DNA of 58,946 nt, counting the filler. It is 5 parts of 5 records of this genome, joined end to end, with 100 filler letters (N's around TTAATTAATTAA, not from the genome) between each part and the next. Parts side by side here need not be neighbours in the genome. Positions count along the whole stretch, not along the records: positions 48,529 to 58,946 come from SRR31156797_9836; 4 more parts are not named here. One strand, 5' to 3'. The notes beneath the pieces were generated by a model. It was not told the origin of the DNA. It saw only the letters and a list, made by a program, of their open reading frames with translations, and did not search any database. Both the position numbers and the translations under genes were made by a program. Shown one piece after another: positions 56,641 to 58,946 of the stretch (positions within the stretch are counted from its first letter, which is position 1; the number at the start of each line of letters is the position of its first letter).

Positions 56641-58498
56641 TTATAACCTTTTTAAAACTCAAATTAAAAACTGTTTCATCCTCAAAAGAATAATAATAAT
56701 TTGATTCTTTTAATCTTTTAATAAACTCTTCTATTAAATTCAAACCCAAGCCTTTGTTATCTAAAAAAAACTTTTTACTATTATCTTTGATTCTTAAATG
56801 AATAGTTTCATTAAGATTCATCAGCCTAATAACTATATTATTTTGTTGTAAATCACTATTGTGAGTAATCGAATTTGAAACTACTTCATTAATAATAACT
56901 CCTAAACTAAGTGATTCTTCAAAGTTTAATACAATATCATCTATTTCAGAAACAATTTTAATATTACTTTTTGCATATGAAGAGTTTATATTAGAAATAA
57001 TTTCTAATAAATATTTTTTTGTAGATATCTTCTCTATACTTCTACTACTATAAAGTAAATGTTCATGAAGTTTTGACATAGATTTTATTCTATTTATCAA
57101 TTCTATAAATAGTTTCTTATCTTCACTTTTTTCTGCTTCAAACCAAAGTATTCCTATTATCATATGAAAATTGTTTTTAACTCTATGAAAAATCTCTTTT
57201 AAAAGTAGTTCCCTTTCATGTACTAAAAACTGTAACTTGCTATTTGATTTTTCTAATTCTAAAGTTCTTTTTTTGACTTCTAATTTTAAAACTTTTTCTT
57301 GGTTATTTTTTAAATCAATCATTACCTTTTGATTATTGATTTGTTTTATATAAGCTACTGTATATTTATTTACTAGCAATAAAGTAAAGAAAACCAACTC
57401 CAAAGTCGATGCAATAATATATCCATATCTAGTGATTAGATTATAATCCACTTTTCCTGATACCATAAGAGTAAACAGTATAATAAAAATTGAATACACA
57501 ACTATAATCAAAACATAAAACTTCACATAAGTGTAACCTTTAAAATACAAAATCAATGAACTAAAAATCCATAATAAAGTAATTACGCCTACAGTATTAT
57601 TAACAACTTTATTCCATGGAGTATAATTAAACATTGAAAGAATTCCACAAATTATTAAGACAGAAACTAAGAAAAGAATAATCTTAGTAAAATATTTTAA
57701 GTATTTTTTAGTATTGAGGTATTCAATAGAAAAAAGAGAGAAGAATACTATTGTAAAAGCTCCAGAAGAGTGTAGTATATAAACATAATTATGCAATGAA
57801 AAATATGACAATATTCCACTTATATTAACCACATAAATTAGATAAAAAACTCCATATAAAAAATAAAATAAATAGATTCTCTCTTTTAATTTTATAAATA
57901 AAAAAAGTGAAAAGAATAAAACTAATGAAAAAATCCCAAATATAAAACTAAAAAAGCTGTTTGTATTAATTTGTTCTTTAATATAAAATTCATCATCTTG
58001 ATATATAATTATTTTACCAAAATATGCATACTTACCTTTTAGTTCTAAAAAGTATGTTCGTATTTGATTTTTCTGTAAATTTATTTTGAAAGACAACTTA
58101 TTTGTTTTAATTTCTCTGCTTTCAAGAGGCATAAAAAGACCATTTTCTTTCTTTTTCCAACCATTATCGAAATAATAAAGATTAAATTTTTCATAAAAAT
58201 GTTCATTTACTGTTAATATAAAATCTGAATTATTTGTATTATTTTTTAAAGTTATTTTCATCCATAGAGTAGAAGGATTATAACCTAAAGAAAAGTTATT
58301 AGAAGTATTGTTTTCAAAATTCATCTGAGAAACTTGCCCTATATTTAAGCTCTCTTTTGATTTTAAATATGATATTGTAAAATCATCTACAATCTTTTTA
58401 TTTTCTGTTAAACTAACATCATAAAAATTATTTCCGAATAAAGACACACATGTGATAAATATAAATATTATTATTTTTATTGAAAAACTTCTTTGCAT
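56633..58498 (-). CDS. 7TM-DISM sensor histidine kinase (HisKA_2 type)
   Basis: DISM extracellular domain (FSLGY...LWMKI), 7 TM, H-box EIFHRVKNNF, GLGL. Confidence 0.88.
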   Translation of the reverse strand: MQRSFSIKIIIFIFITCVSLFGNNFYDVSLTENKKIVDDFTISYLKSKESLNIGQVSQMNFENNTSNNFSLGYNPSTLWMKITLKNNTNNSDFILTVNEHFYEKFNLYYFDNGWKKKENGLFMPLESREIKTNKLSFKINLQKNQIRTYFLELKGKYAYFGKIIIYQDDEFYIKEQINTNSFFSFIFGIFSLVLFFSLFLFIKLKERIYLFYFLYGVFYLIYVVNISGILSYFSLHNYVYILHSSGAFTIVFFSLFSIEYLNTKKYLKYFTKIILFLVSVLIICGILSMFNYTPWNKVVNNTVGVITLLWIFSSLILYFKGYTYVKFYVLIIVVYSIFIILFTLMVSGKVDYNLITRYGYIIASTLELVFFTLLLVNKYTVAYIKQINNQKVMIDLKNNQEKVLKLEVKKRTLELEKSNSKLQFLVHERELLLKEIFHRVKNNFHMIIGILWFEAEKSEDKKLFIELINRIKSMSKLHEHLLYSSRSIEKISTKKYLLEIISNINSSYAKSNIKIVSEIDDIVLNFEESLSLGVIINEVVSNSITHNSDLQQNNIVIRLMNLNETIHLRIKDNSKKFFLDNKGLGLNLIEEFIKRLKESNYYYSFEDETVFNLSFKKVINE

Positions 58499-58530
58499 AA
58501 CGCATTATAGCCTATTTTTACATATATTCC

Positions 58531-58561
58531 CGACAGTTTTACGGCACTTTTTAAATATAAT
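58531..58561 (+). promoter_or_regulatory. Tandem direct-repeat box and -10 upstream of tpsA
   Basis: CGACAGTTTT-A-CGGCACTTTT (11-bp period) followed by TATAAT at 58556-58561. Confidence 0.5.
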
Positions 58562-58589
58562 CTCCTCAATCTTAAATAAAGGGGAAGAA

Positions 58590-58946
58590 ATGAAAAGCCT
58601 AATTGACTTTAGCTCTAGGTTTAGAATTCTAAAAGGTGGGAAAATTAGTTTAGTAGTAAGTGCATTGGTAGGTACTTCAACATTAACTTTTGCTGCTCCA
58701 TCTGGAGGAACTGTTACTTCTGGTAGTGCTAATATTTCTCAAGTTGGGAAAACTACAAATATTATTCAAAATACAAATAAAGTTACTATTAATTGGAATA
58801 AGTTCAACATTGCTACTGATGAAGTTGTTAATTTCAAGCAACCAAATGTTAACTCTATTGCGTTAAACAGAGTTATTGGTAATGAAAAATCTATTATCAA
58901 TGGCGCATTAAATGCGAATGGTCAAGTTTGGATACTAAACTCAAAT
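58590..58946 (+). CDS. Filamentous haemagglutinin-family (TpsA) exoprotein, N-terminus; runs off the window
   Basis: Not in the ORF track: MKSLIDFSSRFRILKGGKISL...APSGGTVTSGSA...INWNKFNI...VNFKQP...LNRVIG...LNANGQVWILNSN (TPS secretion domain). Confidence 0.9.
   Translation, partial: MKSLIDFSSRFRILKGGKISLVVSALVGTSTLTFAAPSGGTVTSGSANISQVGKTTNIIQNTNKVTINWNKFNIATDEVVNFKQPNVNSIALNRVIGNEKSIINGALNANGQVWILNSN

Noticed and set aside
1-58946. CRISPR array, tRNA or rRNA genes
   Set aside because: No regularly spaced 25-45-bp repeat array and no recognisable tRNA or rRNA. The three-copy palindromes upstream of hipB genes are operator-like.

Overview
The window is not one locus. It is five unrelated contigs joined by artificial 100-nt spacers (44 N, TTAATTAATTAA, 44 N) at 13078-13177, 25018-25117, 39110-39209 and 48429-48528. 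Contig 1 (1-13077, AT-rich, Bacteroidota-like accessory/defence island) carries a three-gene hipBST toxin-antitoxin module with three operators, bracketed by a degenerate ~140-bp direct repeat. It also has an orphan protein ending in two MazE-like tails, a structured leader RNA, small lipoproteins, a decayed hsdS, an RloC-like ABC-ATPase/HEPN protein with an extra wHTH, a YobI/KAP NTPase and an HhH-like hypothetical. Contig 2 (13178-25017, Bacteroidota core) has rpsL-rpsG-fusA', a Kdo/8-amino-Kdo cluster (variant kdsA, a transaldolase-CBS fusion where KdsD would be expected, kdnA, kdnB, kdsB, kdsC) and a frameshifted TonB-dependent receptor. Contig 3 (25118-39109) is a large signalling cluster: a 10-PAS kinase, duplicated response regulators, and an orphan CheD beside a kinase carrying chemoreceptor-like Gln-rich methylation heptads. 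Contig 4 (39210-48428, Desulfobacterota-like) has a group II intron 3' end, hipBA joined to a type I R-M operon, an attC-like site and the start of a cassette gene. Contig 5 (48529-58946, Campylobacterota/Arcobacter-like) has nrfH-nrfA-nrfI with a Crp/Fnr box, two two-component systems and a TpsA start. The best candidates for undescribed biology are the CheD plus methylation-helix histidine kinase pair, the transaldolase-CBS/variant KdsA ulosonic acid pathway and the double-MazE-tail orphan antitoxin. All calls come from motif reading by eye; no searches were run and taxonomy is inferred.
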